A DNA stretch of 32,000 bases from an uncultured Clostridia bacterium (GTDB lineage Bacteria; Bacillota; Clostridia; TANB77; CAG-508): positions 1-32,000 of the forward strand of contig CALXFJ010000001.1 of NCBI GenBank assembly GCA_944387565.1, given 5' to 3'. Under the pieces are notes generated by a model. It saw only the letters and a program-made list of their open reading frames with translations, did no database searches and was not told the origin of the DNA. Positions 17,373 to 26,653 of the stretch are shown one piece after another. Made by a program: the position numbers and the translations under genes. The number at the start of each line of letters is the position of its first letter. Positions within the stretch are counted from its first letter, which is position 1.

Positions 17373-17385
17373 CTAGGGCTTTATC

Positions 17386-17730
17386 TTATTCAAAACTAAC
17401 AACATCATTATTATCGTTTTGTTCTACATTCATATCTAAATCATTAGAAACTTCACTTACTTCCTCTACAGGAGTCTCATCTGAAAAAGAAAATACCTTC
17501 TTTTCAGCTCTTGCTTTCTCATCAAATTTTTTATTAAACTCTTCTTTAGCTTCATTTAAAGTTTCTTGCATAGCATTAAACATATCTTCAACATCTTTTC
17601 TTGTAAAATCATAAGAATTACTTCTAGCCATTGGTTCTAAGATTTGAATATCATGTAATACATTATTAACTCTTTTACCTGCAAACTCTACAAATTTTTT
17701 CCTTTTTTCTTCATTAACTACTCTTTCCAT
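17386..17730 (-). CDS. hypothetical acidic protein
   Basis: 114 aa. RBS AGGAA-like. Terminator hairpin 17357-17384 is shared with the GLUG gene. No motif recognised. Confidence 0.5.
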   Translation of the reverse strand: MERVVNEEKRKKFVEFAGKRVNNVLHDIQILEPMARSNSYDFTRKDVEDMFNAMQETLNEAKEEFNKKFDEKARAEKKVFSFSDETPVEEVSEVSNDLDMNVEQNDNNDVVSFE

Positions 17731-17891
17731 AATACGTTCCTTTCTACATAAAGTTTTAAATTCCTAATAAACAATATCATATTTTAAAAAAATTTTCAAA
17801 TAAATATTTATAAAAATTTTGATAAATTCTAAAATTTACTTAATTGCTAAAGATAAAAAAATATGTTATCATAAAAAAGAAGGAGGAAGTC

Positions 17892-18623
17892 ATGGTGAAA
17901 GTAGCAATAATAACAGGCTCTTCAAGAGGAATAGGAAGAGAAATAGCAAAAACACTAGCAAGAAAAGGAATAACAGTAGTTGCAAATTATAATAAATCAG
18001 AAGAAGCAGCAAAAGAATTAAAACAAGAATTGGAAGAAGAAGGAATAAAAATAGATATAATAAAAGCAGATGTATCAAAAAGAGAAGATGCAAAAAAATT
18101 AGTAGAATTTACATTAAACAAATATGGAAAAGTAGATATATTAATAAATAATGCAGGAATATCAGAATACAAACTATTTACAGATGAAACAGATGAAGAC
18201 TGGAATAAAATAATAAATACTAATTTATATTCAGCATTTGCAATGTCACAAGAAGTAATTCCCAATATGGTACATAATAAAAGTGGATGTATAATAAATA
18301 TGTCATCAGCATGGGGAGTAGTTGGAGGCTCATTAGAAGTTATATATTCTGTATCAAAAGCGGGATTAGATGGTTTAACAAAAGCATTGGCAAAGGAACT
18401 TGGACCATCAAATATAAGAGTAAATTCAATAGCACCAGGTATGATTTACACAAAAATGAATGAAAAATTTAGTAAAGAAGAATTAAAGGAAATAGAAGAA
18501 GAAATACCACTAGGAAAGATAGGTAAACCATCAGATATAGCAAAATGTATAGAATGGCTATTAGAAGATGAATATACAACAGGACAAGTAATATCGATAA
18601 ATGGTGGATGGATTATAACTTAA
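17892..18623 (+). CDS. short-chain dehydrogenase/reductase (FabG-like 3-oxoacyl reductase family)
   Basis: ATG at 17892 after AAGGAGGAAG. Has TGSSRGIG cofactor motif, NNAG, and catalytic S...YSVSKAG, then PGMIYT. Confidence 0.85.
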   Translation: MVKVAIITGSSRGIGREIAKTLARKGITVVANYNKSEEAAKELKQELEEEGIKIDIIKADVSKREDAKKLVEFTLNKYGKVDILINNAGISEYKLFTDETDEDWNKIINTNLYSAFAMSQEVIPNMVHNKSGCIINMSSAWGVVGGSLEVIYSVSKAGLDGLTKALAKELGPSNIRVNSIAPGMIYTKMNEKFSKEELKEIEEEIPLGKIGKPSDIAKCIEWLLEDEYTTGQVISINGGWIIT

Positions 18624-18655
18624 AAAAATAACCAACCTTTATAGGTTGGCTTATT

Positions 18656-19123
18656 TTAGTTTTCTCTTAATTTTCTTTTATAATTTCCTGAAATTAATTT
18701 TGGTAAATATGTAATTATTTTATAAACAGCTAAACGAATTTTTTTACTCCATAAATAAGATTTTCTTAATTTTCTAGCAGAGCCCAAAGCAACAGGTTCA
18801 TCTTCTAAAACAATTAATTCGTTTTGCACTTTCTCTAATGGAAATACATAATTTTGACCATTATTATTATCCCATACATTATTCTCATTTCTAAAACAGA
18901 AATTAAAAGTGTCACCTTCTAATAATTGGATTTCAGCTTGAAAACCTAAATCTGTTTTTTCCATTTTTATATCATTAACATTATCCCAGTTCATACCAAA
19001 ACCATAATGAATAGATACTTCTTGAGAAGCATCTTGGAATAATTGTCCTAAATATGAAATTTTTACTTTACTATTTTCAACTAATTTGTCTGTATTGAAG
19101 AATATATTTTTTGATAATTCCAT
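18656..19123 (-). CDS. carbohydrate-binding-module-like protein (CBM25/53-type)
   Basis: 155 aa. Pattern HYGFGMNWDNV...F.F.N..NVWDNNNGQNY, with a basic C-terminal tail. Confidence 0.4.
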   Translation of the reverse strand: MELSKNIFFNTDKLVENSKVKISYLGQLFQDASQEVSIHYGFGMNWDNVNDIKMEKTDLGFQAEIQLLEGDTFNFCFRNENNVWDNNNGQNYVFPLEKVQNELIVLEDEPVALGSARKLRKSYLWSKKIRLAVYKIITYLPKLISGNYKRKLREN

Positions 19124-19375
19124 TTAAATTCTCTCCTTATTTATCTTTTGCTGCTACAATTATAATATTAAATTCTACAATGTTCAAGTGTTTTTTTTGA
19201 AATTTTTATTACTTTTATATTACAATATTGTTACAAAGTGGTAAAAACTTTATATATGCAATAAATTTAGCATTTTACAAGATAAAAAAAGATTAAAGAA
19301 AAAATTAAAAATATTGTCAAAAAAATTACTTTATGGTAAGATAAAAGTGTAAAAGTAAAAATAAGGGGAATGTCT

Positions 19376-21268
19376 ATGAAAGAGAAAGTAGAAGAGGATA
19401 AAAAGAAAGAAGAAGATATAGTGGAAAACAAAGAAAAAACTAATTTGGAAGAAACAAAAGAAGAAAAAGCAAAAAAAGTTTCTAAAAAAGAGAAAAAGGA
19501 AAAGAAACCTAAATTTAAAAAATCAGAAGAAAAGCCTAAAAAACAAGAAAAAGATATGAAAAAAATGGAAGGCAAAAAAAGTAAAAGAAAGTATGCTGTG
19601 ATAGCAGTTTCACTAGGGATTGTTCTACTTGTGGCTCTTTTTATATCTACAATATTTGCTTTAGTAAATATAAACAATGAAAACATTATAAGTGGAGTTT
19701 CGATTTCTGGAATTGATGTATCAGGACTTTCACGAGAAGAAGCTAAAGGAAAATTAGAAGCAGTTTATAATGAGAAAAAGGAAAACGACATTGATTTAGA
19801 ACATAATGAATTTGAGACAACTTTAAGTCCAGAATTAATGGAAGTAAATTATAAAATAGATGAAGCAGTAGAAAGTGCAGTTTCAATTGGTAAAAGTAAA
19901 AATATATTTAAAAATAATTATGATATATTAGGTACTTTAATTGGAAAAAGAAATATACCAGTAGAAATGACTATAAATGAAGAGGCTACAAGACAAACAA
20001 TTGAAGATATGAATGCAAGCTTACCAGATGTATTAATAGATTCTAGCTATTCAATAGAAGATGATGAACTAATAATTACAAAAGGAAAAGCAGGAGTAAA
20101 AATAGATACAGATAATTTATTAAATCAAGTAAAACAAAAATTAAATGATTTAAATGATAATGAAAATTTTATAGAAATACCAGTTGTGAATAAAGAGCCA
20201 GAAGCAATTGATATAGATAAAATACATAGTGAAGTATATAAAGAACCACAGAATGCTTATTATACAAAAGACCCATTTACTGTATATCCAGAAGTAGAAG
20301 GGGTAGACTTTGATGTAGAAGCAGCAAAAGAATTATTAAAAGAAGATAAAGATGAATATGTAATTAAATTAACAATTACAGAGCCAGAAATTACTTTAGA
20401 TGAAATTGGAACAGAGGCTTTCCCAGACCAATTATCAACATTTACAACTAGATATGATGTAAGTGATGTTGATAGGTCAACTAATTTAAGGTTAGCAAGT
20501 GAAAAAATTAATGGAACAGTTTTAAAACCAGGAGAGACATTTTCATATAATAAAACAGTTGGAGCAAGAACTATAGCAGCAGGATATAAAAATGCTAAAG
20601 TTTACGAATCAGGAAAAGTAGTAGATGGTATAGGAGGAGGAATTTGCCAAGTATCATCAACATTATATAATGCAGCTTTACTTGCAAACTTAGAAATAGT
20701 AGAAAGAAGAAATCATCAATTTGTAACTTCATATGTAGGAGCAGGAAGAGATGCTACTGTTGTTTATGGTCAAACAGATTTTAAATTTAAAAATACTAGA
20801 AAATATCCTATAAGAATAGTAGTAACAACAAATGCAGGAATATTAAAAATATCAATATTTGGAATTAAAGAAGAAAACGAATATACATTTAAATTTAACA
20901 CAAAAACAGTTTCATCTATTCCATACACAACTCAGTACATAGAAGATAGCTCATTACCAGCAGGAACAGAAAAAGTCGAACAAAAAGGAGCAAATGGATT
21001 AATAACAGAAACATATATTACAAAAATGCTAGATGGTAAAGTTGTTTCAACTGAATTACTTTCAAGAGACACATATAGTGCTATGACTAGAATTATAAGG
21101 AGAGGAACAAAGAAAACAAGTAGTTCAAATAGTAATGCTACTACAACAACTACTCAAAGTACAAATACAGAAGAAACAACAACTAAGCCAATACAAGAAG
21201 AAGTACAAAAGCCTCAAGGAACGCAACCAACAGAAGAAATGGTAGACACAGAAAATGTAACAGAATAA
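19376..21268 (+). CDS. VanW-family cell-wall protein with G5 domain
   Basis: ATG at 19376 is favoured, 7-8 nt after AAGGGGA; the track ORF starts at 19370. Lys/Glu-rich N-terminus, one TM, VanW core (GGGICQVSSTLYNAALLANLEIVERRNH...GRDATV), G5-like segment (LPAGTEKVEQKGANGL...TRIIRRGT) and a Thr/Ser-rich tail. Confidence 0.85.
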   Translation: MKEKVEEDKKKEEDIVENKEKTNLEETKEEKAKKVSKKEKKEKKPKFKKSEEKPKKQEKDMKKMEGKKSKRKYAVIAVSLGIVLLVALFISTIFALVNINNENIISGVSISGIDVSGLSREEAKGKLEAVYNEKKENDIDLEHNEFETTLSPELMEVNYKIDEAVESAVSIGKSKNIFKNNYDILGTLIGKRNIPVEMTINEEATRQTIEDMNASLPDVLIDSSYSIEDDELIITKGKAGVKIDTDNLLNQVKQKLNDLNDNENFIEIPVVNKEPEAIDIDKIHSEVYKEPQNAYYTKDPFTVYPEVEGVDFDVEAAKELLKEDKDEYVIKLTITEPEITLDEIGTEAFPDQLSTFTTRYDVSDVDRSTNLRLASEKINGTVLKPGETFSYNKTVGARTIAAGYKNAKVYESGKVVDGIGGGICQVSSTLYNAALLANLEIVERRNHQFVTSYVGAGRDATVVYGQTDFKFKNTRKYPIRIVVTTNAGILKISIFGIKEENEYTFKFNTKTVSSIPYTTQYIEDSSLPAGTEKVEQKGANGLITETYITKMLDGKVVSTELLSRDTYSAMTRIIRRGTKKTSSSNSNATTTTTQSTNTEETTTKPIQEEVQKPQGTQPTEEMVDTENVTE

Positions 21269-21276
21269 TTATAAAA

Positions 21277-21315
21277 AGACCAATATTTTAATATTTTTAT
21301 TTTTAATATTGGTCT
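21277..21315 (+). terminator. hairpin after the VanW gene
   Basis: AGACCAATATT ... AATATTGGTCT. Only a weak T-tract follows. Confidence 0.45.
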
Positions 21316-21367
21316 TAATTTATATAATAGGCATAAATTTGATTGTAATATTTAGCATATTAAGGTA

Positions 21368-21396
21368 TTGACATTTAATAAAAAAGATACTATAAT
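21368..21396 (+). promoter_or_regulatory. consensus promoter of the (now split) tRNA-Lys(CUU) gene
   Basis: TTGACA (21368-21373), 17-nt spacer, TATAAT (21391-21396), 18 nt before the tRNA 5' end. Confidence 0.7.
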
Positions 21397-21414
21397 GAAT
21401 AAGGTCTAGAAAAT

Positions 21415-21454
21415 GCGCCATTAGCTCAGTTGGTAGAGCAGCAGACTCTTAATC
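21415..21454 (+). pseudogene. 5' 40 nt of tRNA-Lys(CUU): acceptor 5' strand, D-arm, anticodon stem 5' strand and loop
   Basis: GCGCCATTAGCTCAGTTGGTAGAGCAGCAGACTCTTAATC. What follows (ATACTATGTATAAAAG...) cannot complete a tRNA. Confidence 0.9.
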
Positions 21455-21490
21455 ATACTATGTATAAAAGATAATCATACGTTGTTATAA

Positions 21491-21539
21491 AATCGTGTAA
21501 CTCTTGCAATATAAGAGATACACGATTTATTATTTTTTT
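21491..21539 (+). terminator. intrinsic terminator just inside the left end, insulating int from the tRNA promoter
   Basis: AATCGTGTA-A-CTCTT-GCAATAT-AAGAG-A-TACACGATT followed by TATTATTTTTTT. Confidence 0.65.
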
Positions 21540-21592
21540 AAAGGTCAATCCTATTCCTTTTTAATCTTTATTCGCCTTTTGGGTGTCCTTTG

Positions 21593-21621
21593 TTGACAAT
21601 CATACGTTGTAATTGTATAAT
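21593..21621 (+). promoter_or_regulatory. integrase promoter with an arm-type repeat in its spacer
   Basis: TTGACA (21593-21598), 17-nt spacer, TATAAT (21616-21621). AATCATACGTTG occupies 21598-21609. Confidence 0.6.
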
Positions 21622-21650
21622 TCAAAAAGAGTATTTTGGAGGTATGAAAA

Positions 21651-22736
21651 ATGGCAAATTTAACAAAAAGACCAAGTGAAAGAAAAAAAGAATTAGTAGC
21701 AAAACCAATTGTACTAAAAGGAAAAGGCGAAAGAAATTCAATGAATACTAGAATTTCCGCAGTTCAAAAAGAGTTTTTAGTTGAGCAAGAAGTAAAAGGA
21801 AATTCGACAGATACATTAAGATACTATAAATCGTCTTTCAGAAGAATGAACAAGTTTATTGCACAAAATGAACTACCACAAGAACTTTTGGAAAAGGTAA
21901 AGGAAGATGACGACCTAATCAGTATGGGAGAAAAAATGCCTTTGGGTGTTCTACTTGATAAGGATTTTGAGGTTGACTTTAAAAGACATTTAGAGGAAAG
22001 CGGTTGCAATCCTAGAACTATCAATACATATTTTAGAGCATATCGAGCATTTGCCTATTATTGCATGGACGAGGGTTGGATTCCTGTTAGGAAAATTAGT
22101 ATAAAAACAAGTAAAGCACCAATAAAGCAAGTTTATTCAGAAGAGGAATTGAAAAAACTTTTGAAAAAACCAAAGACCTCAAATTTTACAGAATATAGAA
22201 ATTGGGTTGTGGTAAATTATATGTTGGCAACTGGAAATAGATTAAGTTCAATTGTTGCATTAAATATTGAGGACGTTGACCTAGAAAATGGTTACATAAA
22301 TGTAAATACTCAAAAGAATAAAAGACCTGTTGCAATTCCGCTTGTAAAACAAATAAGAAGAATTTTAAAAGAATATATTACTTTATATAGAAACCTAGAA
22401 GAGGATTCAGACCTAATGGGAACAGACCCATTATTTTGCAATAGATTCGGCGAAAGACTAACAGGCGACGGACTTATAAATGCGATTTCAAAGTATAATA
22501 AAAATCGTGGGGTTGCAAAAACCTCAATTCACTTATTCCGCCATACATTCGCCAAAGATTGGATTTTAAGAGGTGGCGACTTGTTCAGTTTACAAAAAAT
22601 GCTCGGTCACTCATCACTTGATATGGTAAAAAATTATGCGAATCTTTATTCAAGAGATATTAAAGATAAAGCGGAAGAATTTTCATTTTTGTCAAATACT
22701 AGAAGAACAACAGGAAATACATTAAGATTGAAATAA
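21651..22736 (+). CDS. int: tyrosine site-specific recombinase (phage-integrase family)
   Basis: 361 aa, GGAGG RBS. SAM-like N-domain. Catalytic region has ATGNRLSS (Arg), HLFRHTFAKDW (H-x-x-R) and LGHSSLDMVKNYANLY (His, Tyr). Confidence 0.92.
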   Translation: MANLTKRPSERKKELVAKPIVLKGKGERNSMNTRISAVQKEFLVEQEVKGNSTDTLRYYKSSFRRMNKFIAQNELPQELLEKVKEDDDLISMGEKMPLGVLLDKDFEVDFKRHLEESGCNPRTINTYFRAYRAFAYYCMDEGWIPVRKISIKTSKAPIKQVYSEEELKKLLKKPKTSNFTEYRNWVVVNYMLATGNRLSSIVALNIEDVDLENGYINVNTQKNKRPVAIPLVKQIRRILKEYITLYRNLEEDSDLMGTDPLFCNRFGERLTGDGLINAISKYNKNRGVAKTSIHLFRHTFAKDWILRGGDLFSLQKMLGHSSLDMVKNYANLYSRDIKDKAEEFSFLSNTRRTTGNTLRLK

Positions 22737-22814
22737 ATTATGTAAATTTGAGAAAACTATTGACTTGCTATTTCTTTAATGATAAAATAAATATAATTTA
22801 TTTGGAGGTAAAAT

Positions 22815-23462
22815 ATGGAAGAAAAATTACAAGCAAAAAATGTAAGAATAGTTTTATTTTTTAGTCATTTATTAGAATGTACTTCTGTTAAGCTAGCGAA
22901 TTCACTTATAGACGAATTACCAGAATTAGGACAACCAAATATTTTTAATATACCAGCAGAAGCACCAAATGAAGTAAAAATGCAGATGCCTAAAATAATT
23001 TTTAATAATGCAAAACAGATTAATATAACTGTAACAAATGTGAGCATAGATATTAGTATTGATAATGATAATATAGAAATTATTAAAAATAATATAAATA
23101 AAATATATAAAGCATTAAGTGATAATAATGTGCATATACAAGCAATTGGTGTTGTTAGTAGGTATTTATATTTTGATATAAATTTTGAAAAAATAAAAGA
23201 AATATATTATAAAGATGAAGAATTAATGGAAAGTGATTTAATTAATCTGTCTTGGTATAAAAAGAAAGATACAATTAATATTTGGAAAACGTTAAAAACA
23301 GAAGATAAAGATAATGTAAAGAATTTAACTTTAAGTATAGATATTAATAATAAAGGCATAAATAGAATTATAGATATTGGTTATATAAATGAATTTTTAG
23401 ATAACCAAAATATAGAAGTAAATAGTTTTAAAGAAAATTTAGAAAAGAAAATAGGTGATTAG
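22815..23462 (+). CDS. hypothetical protein, first gene of a coupled 3-gene operon
   Basis: 215 aa, GGAGG RBS, no motif recognised with confidence. Its TAG stop is immediately followed by the next ATG. Confidence 0.6.
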   Translation: MEEKLQAKNVRIVLFFSHLLECTSVKLANSLIDELPELGQPNIFNIPAEAPNEVKMQMPKIIFNNAKQINITVTNVSIDISIDNDNIEIIKNNINKIYKALSDNNVHIQAIGVVSRYLYFDINFEKIKEIYYKDEELMESDLINLSWYKKKDTINIWKTLKTEDKDNVKNLTLSIDINNKGINRIIDIGYINEFLDNQNIEVNSFKENLEKKIGD

Positions 23463-23990
23463 ATGAGTACAATGACAATGACAGTACCCTTTTTTTGCAT
23501 AGACGTTGATGAAGAACAACAAGATGTTCAAAATAGTAGTATAGCTTTGTCAGATTTTGCATATACTAAAACTAATACTGCAAATATAATAAATAAATAT
23601 CAAACTAAATTAATAGATATTATATGTGAGTTATTAAAAAATGGAGAATCATATGAACATAGTAGTGTTAATAATAAACTTTTAGGAGAATTTATGGAAA
23701 AATATTATTATACTAAAAGAAAAATTTACTATAATAATACTACTTTTGAATTTAATATAGATTTCTTTTATGAAATTTATAAAGATATATCAGAAGACCT
23801 TTATATAGCTCAAAATGAATTTTTTGATATCTATGGATATGGAGATACATTATTTGAAGCAGAACAAGACCTATATAATACTTTATATGAATTATGGGAA
23901 ATTTATGCAGAAGAAGATGACAATAATTTAGATAATAAGGCAAAAGCTATAAAAGAAAAATTAATAACTTATATAAGGAAGTTAGATTAA
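23463..23990 (+). CDS. hypothetical protein with C-terminal HicB-like (antitoxin-fold) segment
   Basis: 175 aa. LYIAQNEFFDIYGYGDTLFEAEQDLYNTLYELWEIY resembles the HicB N-domain pattern (..vp.l.G..t.GdTleEA..n..ea...w.e). No DNA-binding domain is evident. Confidence 0.4.
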   Translation: MSTMTMTVPFFCIDVDEEQQDVQNSSIALSDFAYTKTNTANIINKYQTKLIDIICELLKNGESYEHSSVNNKLLGEFMEKYYYTKRKIYYNNTTFEFNIDFFYEIYKDISEDLYIAQNEFFDIYGYGDTLFEAEQDLYNTLYELWEIYAEEDDNNLDNKAKAIKEKLITYIRKLD

Positions 23991-24283
23991 TGTCTTCATT
24001 GAATGTTAAAGAGATAAATGCAAAGTTACAAAAAAAGGGTTTTAAAAAAGAAAATACCGACCACAATTGCTTTTATTATGTATATAATGGAAAAAAGACA
24101 GGTATATGGACAAAAACAAGTTTTGGTTCTCATAAAGATATAGGAGATAACTTAATTTTGAAAATGGCTAGACAAGTTAGATTAAAAAAACCAGAATTTA
24201 TGAGATTAATTGAATGTACTTTATCTGCAGAAGATTATAAAAAATTGTTAATACAGAATGGAGAAATAGAAGAGGAAAATTGA
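23990..24283 (+). CDS. HicA-like small basic protein (putative mRNA-interferase toxin fold)
   Basis: 97 aa. Its start overlaps the upstream stop (TAATG). VKEINAKLQKKGFKKENTDHNCFYY...FGSHKDIGDNLILKMARQVRL parallels the HicA layout (..L.k.Gf....gsH......vp.H..kdl..g.l..ilkqagl). Confidence 0.4.
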   Translation: MSSLNVKEINAKLQKKGFKKENTDHNCFYYVYNGKKTGIWTKTSFGSHKDIGDNLILKMARQVRLKKPEFMRLIECTLSAEDYKKLLIQNGEIEEEN

Positions 24284-24324
24284 TTTACAATTTTTCTCTT
24301 TTTCAAGTTATAGGAAATTGCAAA

Positions 24325-24358
24325 AATCCAATAGCAAAATATTGTTTGCTATTGGATT
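24325..24358. terminator. hairpin between convergent genes
   Basis: AATCCAATAGCAAA-ATATTG-TTTGCTATTGGATT, a 14-bp perfect stem. The T-tract is on the minus-strand side. Confidence 0.6.
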
Positions 24359-24412
24359 AAGAAGTATACCATAAAAAGAATATACAACCAACTGGAAATA
24401 TATGTATATAAT

Positions 24413-24787
24413 TTAATTATCAAATTTGTAAACAATGCCTCTAGGGCTTTTGTAATTAACTGGATACATAGTACCAGTATGGCATTTTTCACAACTGAAT
24501 GTAGGCAGAAAATCAGAACCGCCAAACTGTGAGTCTAGTGAATCTACAATGTTTTTAGGAATATATTCTGTGCAACCACAATTCTTGCATTTAAATTGAA
24601 CACCTTCTAAAATACAAGAATTAGATGAAGGGATGCCAAATATATCTTCCAAATCTTCATTAAGGAAATAATCCATATCCAACAATTCATCATCTGACAT
24701 TTTAGAAACATCTTTTCTAGAATATCCAATAGGTGGATTGTCCATATATTTTTTTCTAAGTTTATCAACTTTATTCAAAATAATCAC
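24413..24787 (-). CDS. hypothetical zinc-ribbon protein
   Basis: 124 aa. CxxC...CxxC (FKCKNCGCTEY ... FSCEKCHTG). Lies directly downstream of the IS91-like transposase. Confidence 0.5.
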   Translation of the reverse strand: MIILNKVDKLRKKYMDNPPIGYSRKDVSKMSDDELLDMDYFLNEDLEDIFGIPSSNSCILEGVQFKCKNCGCTEYIPKNIVDSLDSQFGGSDFLPTFSCEKCHTGTMYPVNYKSPRGIVYKFDN

Positions 24788-24810
24788 CTCACGATATGGA
24801 TATTATACAA

Positions 24811-26184
24811 TCAAGAGGAATCTTTTGCAACAACTAATTCAGAGAAAAACATAGTCTGATTGCAAAAAGGGCAAATTAAAGGGTCATAGTGAAAATATAA
24901 CTGAATACGCATACGCCAATTTGCAAGAATTTTTTTAGTTTTAATAGAAGCATCAGACAATTTTTTAATTAATTTATCAAAGTGAGCACATTTATGAGAG
25001 GAATATAAACCAGCATAACGTAGTATTTTAAAATTTTTATCAGGAATATGAATAATAAGGCGTTTCATCAAATCATAAACATGAACTTTTTCAACAACAT
25101 ACATATCATCTTCATGACGTTGATAATAGAAAACAACATAAGTACCATCATAATAAAGAATGCGAGATTGAGCCATAGCAGGTCTATTAAAATATCTAAG
25201 AAGATATTTAATAGCACCATCAGGATTACCTTCAAAAGGTTTAGCTCTAACATAGAAGCCATTATCATAAGATTGATAAAGAAGATTTACGAGAGCTTTA
25301 AAAACATTAAAATCTTTGGAAGATAAAGTAGTTTTTAGATAATCTTTCATTGATTTAAGAAGACAATATTGAAAAGATTTTCTAAAACCTTCATAATCAA
25401 AATGAGTAAGGTTAATCCAAATATCATCAGAAGGGCAATTTTTAATATTAGAAGAAGCACCTTCAGTAACAAGGCAATGAATATGAGGATTCCACTTTAA
25501 GTCTCTACCAAAAGTATGAAGAACAAGGACAATACCTGGGATAAGTTTTTTTCTAGGAGCACGTTTTTTAAAGAAAAATTTAATACAATTTTCACAAGAT
25601 TTAAAAAGAAGATTAAGCAAATTACGGTCTTTAAGAAAGTAAATACGAAGTTGTTCAGGGATAGTAAATACAACATGTCTATGTTCACATTTAATAAGTT
25701 TAGAAGTAATTTCTAAAGCCCTATCCATTTGATATTTAATAGCACAAGTATTGCAGAATCTGGACTTACAAGTAAAAGGAACACAATAAGTTCTGTGACA
25801 ATCAGGACATTCATAGACTGCATGACCCATAGAAGGATTTTGACAGGAAATCATTTTGTTAATTTCATCAATAACAACAGGTCTGATATTAAGAGAATGA
25901 TTATCAATAAGAAAAGAGTCAAAATTATCAGAGAAAATCTGTTGAAAAGTATAAGAATCAGCTCTTTTAAAATTAAATTCAGAAGGAGCAAATTCAAAAG
26001 CACCTAATCCCATATGAGAATAAAGGTGTTCAAAATGTTCAATTTCTTCAACGGTTGAAGCAATATTAGAATGGTCTACTTGAAATTGAGGATTAGCTTT
26101 TCTAAATTCTTCAATAGAGTTGTTTTCATTATTTATTATTCTATATAATTCTTCATTTGATAAAGGTTGCAATATAATCACCAA
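24811..26184 (-). CDS. IS91-family (HUH, Y2) rolling-circle transposase
   Basis: Zn-binding N-domain (YECPDCHRTYCVPFTCKSRFCNTC). HUH region (WNPHIHCLVTEG). Y2 region (IKYLLRYFNRPAMAQSRILYYDGTYVVFYYQ ... RYAGLYSS). The start codon is uncertain (GTG 26184 or TTG 26172). Confidence 0.75.
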   Translation of the reverse strand: MVIILQPLSNEELYRIINNENNSIEEFRKANPQFQVDHSNIASTVEEIEHFEHLYSHMGLGAFEFAPSEFNFKRADSYTFQQIFSDNFDSFLIDNHSLNIRPVVIDEINKMISCQNPSMGHAVYECPDCHRTYCVPFTCKSRFCNTCAIKYQMDRALEITSKLIKCEHRHVVFTIPEQLRIYFLKDRNLLNLLFKSCENCIKFFFKKRAPRKKLIPGIVLVLHTFGRDLKWNPHIHCLVTEGASSNIKNCPSDDIWINLTHFDYEGFRKSFQYCLLKSMKDYLKTTLSSKDFNVFKALVNLLYQSYDNGFYVRAKPFEGNPDGAIKYLLRYFNRPAMAQSRILYYDGTYVVFYYQRHEDDMYVVEKVHVYDLMKRLIIHIPDKNFKILRYAGLYSSHKCAHFDKLIKKLSDASIKTKKILANWRMRIQLYFHYDPLICPFCNQTMFFSELVVAKDSS

Positions 26185-26266
26185 AGAAATTATATATTAA
26201 ATGATGAAAAAGGAAAATATAAAAGGAGCAAAAAAATAAAATAAAAGGCTGAAACTTTAATCAGCC

Positions 26267-26494
26267 TCAAGAGTGCGAGCTATGCTCGCTTTGTTCTTTC
26301 TTATATTCAAATAAATCATTTATGTTGCATTTAAACAATTCGCAAAGTTGTTCAATTTCACTTGTTTTTATATCTTTTACTCTACCAAAATAATAATCAT
26401 TTACTCTTTTATAATTCCAATCAAGATAAATTCGCATTTTATATCTTGAAATTTTATTTTTTTCTAATAAATCCTTTATTTTAAATACTATCAT
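26267..26494 (-). CDS. XRE-family HTH regulator (short form)
   Basis: Start MIVFKIKDLLEKNKISRYKM at 26494 after AGAGG. The longer track ORF would cover a +strand promoter (TTGACA 26530-26535, 17-nt spacer, TATTAT). Terminator AGGCTGA...TCAGCCT at 26243-26264. Confidence 0.6.
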   Translation of the reverse strand: MIVFKIKDLLEKNKISRYKMRIYLDWNYKRVNDYYFGRVKDIKTSEIEQLCELFKCNINDLFEYKKEQSEHSSHS

Positions 26495-26653
26495 TATTTT
26501 TATACCTCTTTTTAGGCTATTATAATTGACAACTATAAAACTTTGTAGTATTATCTTACTTATAGTCATAACTATTATGCACTATACTTTGACTAAATAT
26601 TAAGATATTTTTTGCCTAATACTTTAAACAAAAAAATTTAAGGGGTGTATATA

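Noticed and set aside
17890-19686. Minus-strand ORFs 17890..18093, 17987..18265 and 19267..19686
   Set aside because: They are antisense to the SDR gene and to the Lys/Glu-rich N-terminus of the VanW gene. Their poly-Leu/Phe/Ser content is typical of a reverse-complement artefact.
25048-26007. Several 60-90 aa ORFs on both strands within the IS91-like transposase gene, and 27204..27398 / 27551..27766 within the IS110 transposase gene
   Set aside because: They overlap long ORFs with clear family motifs and have no independent start signals.
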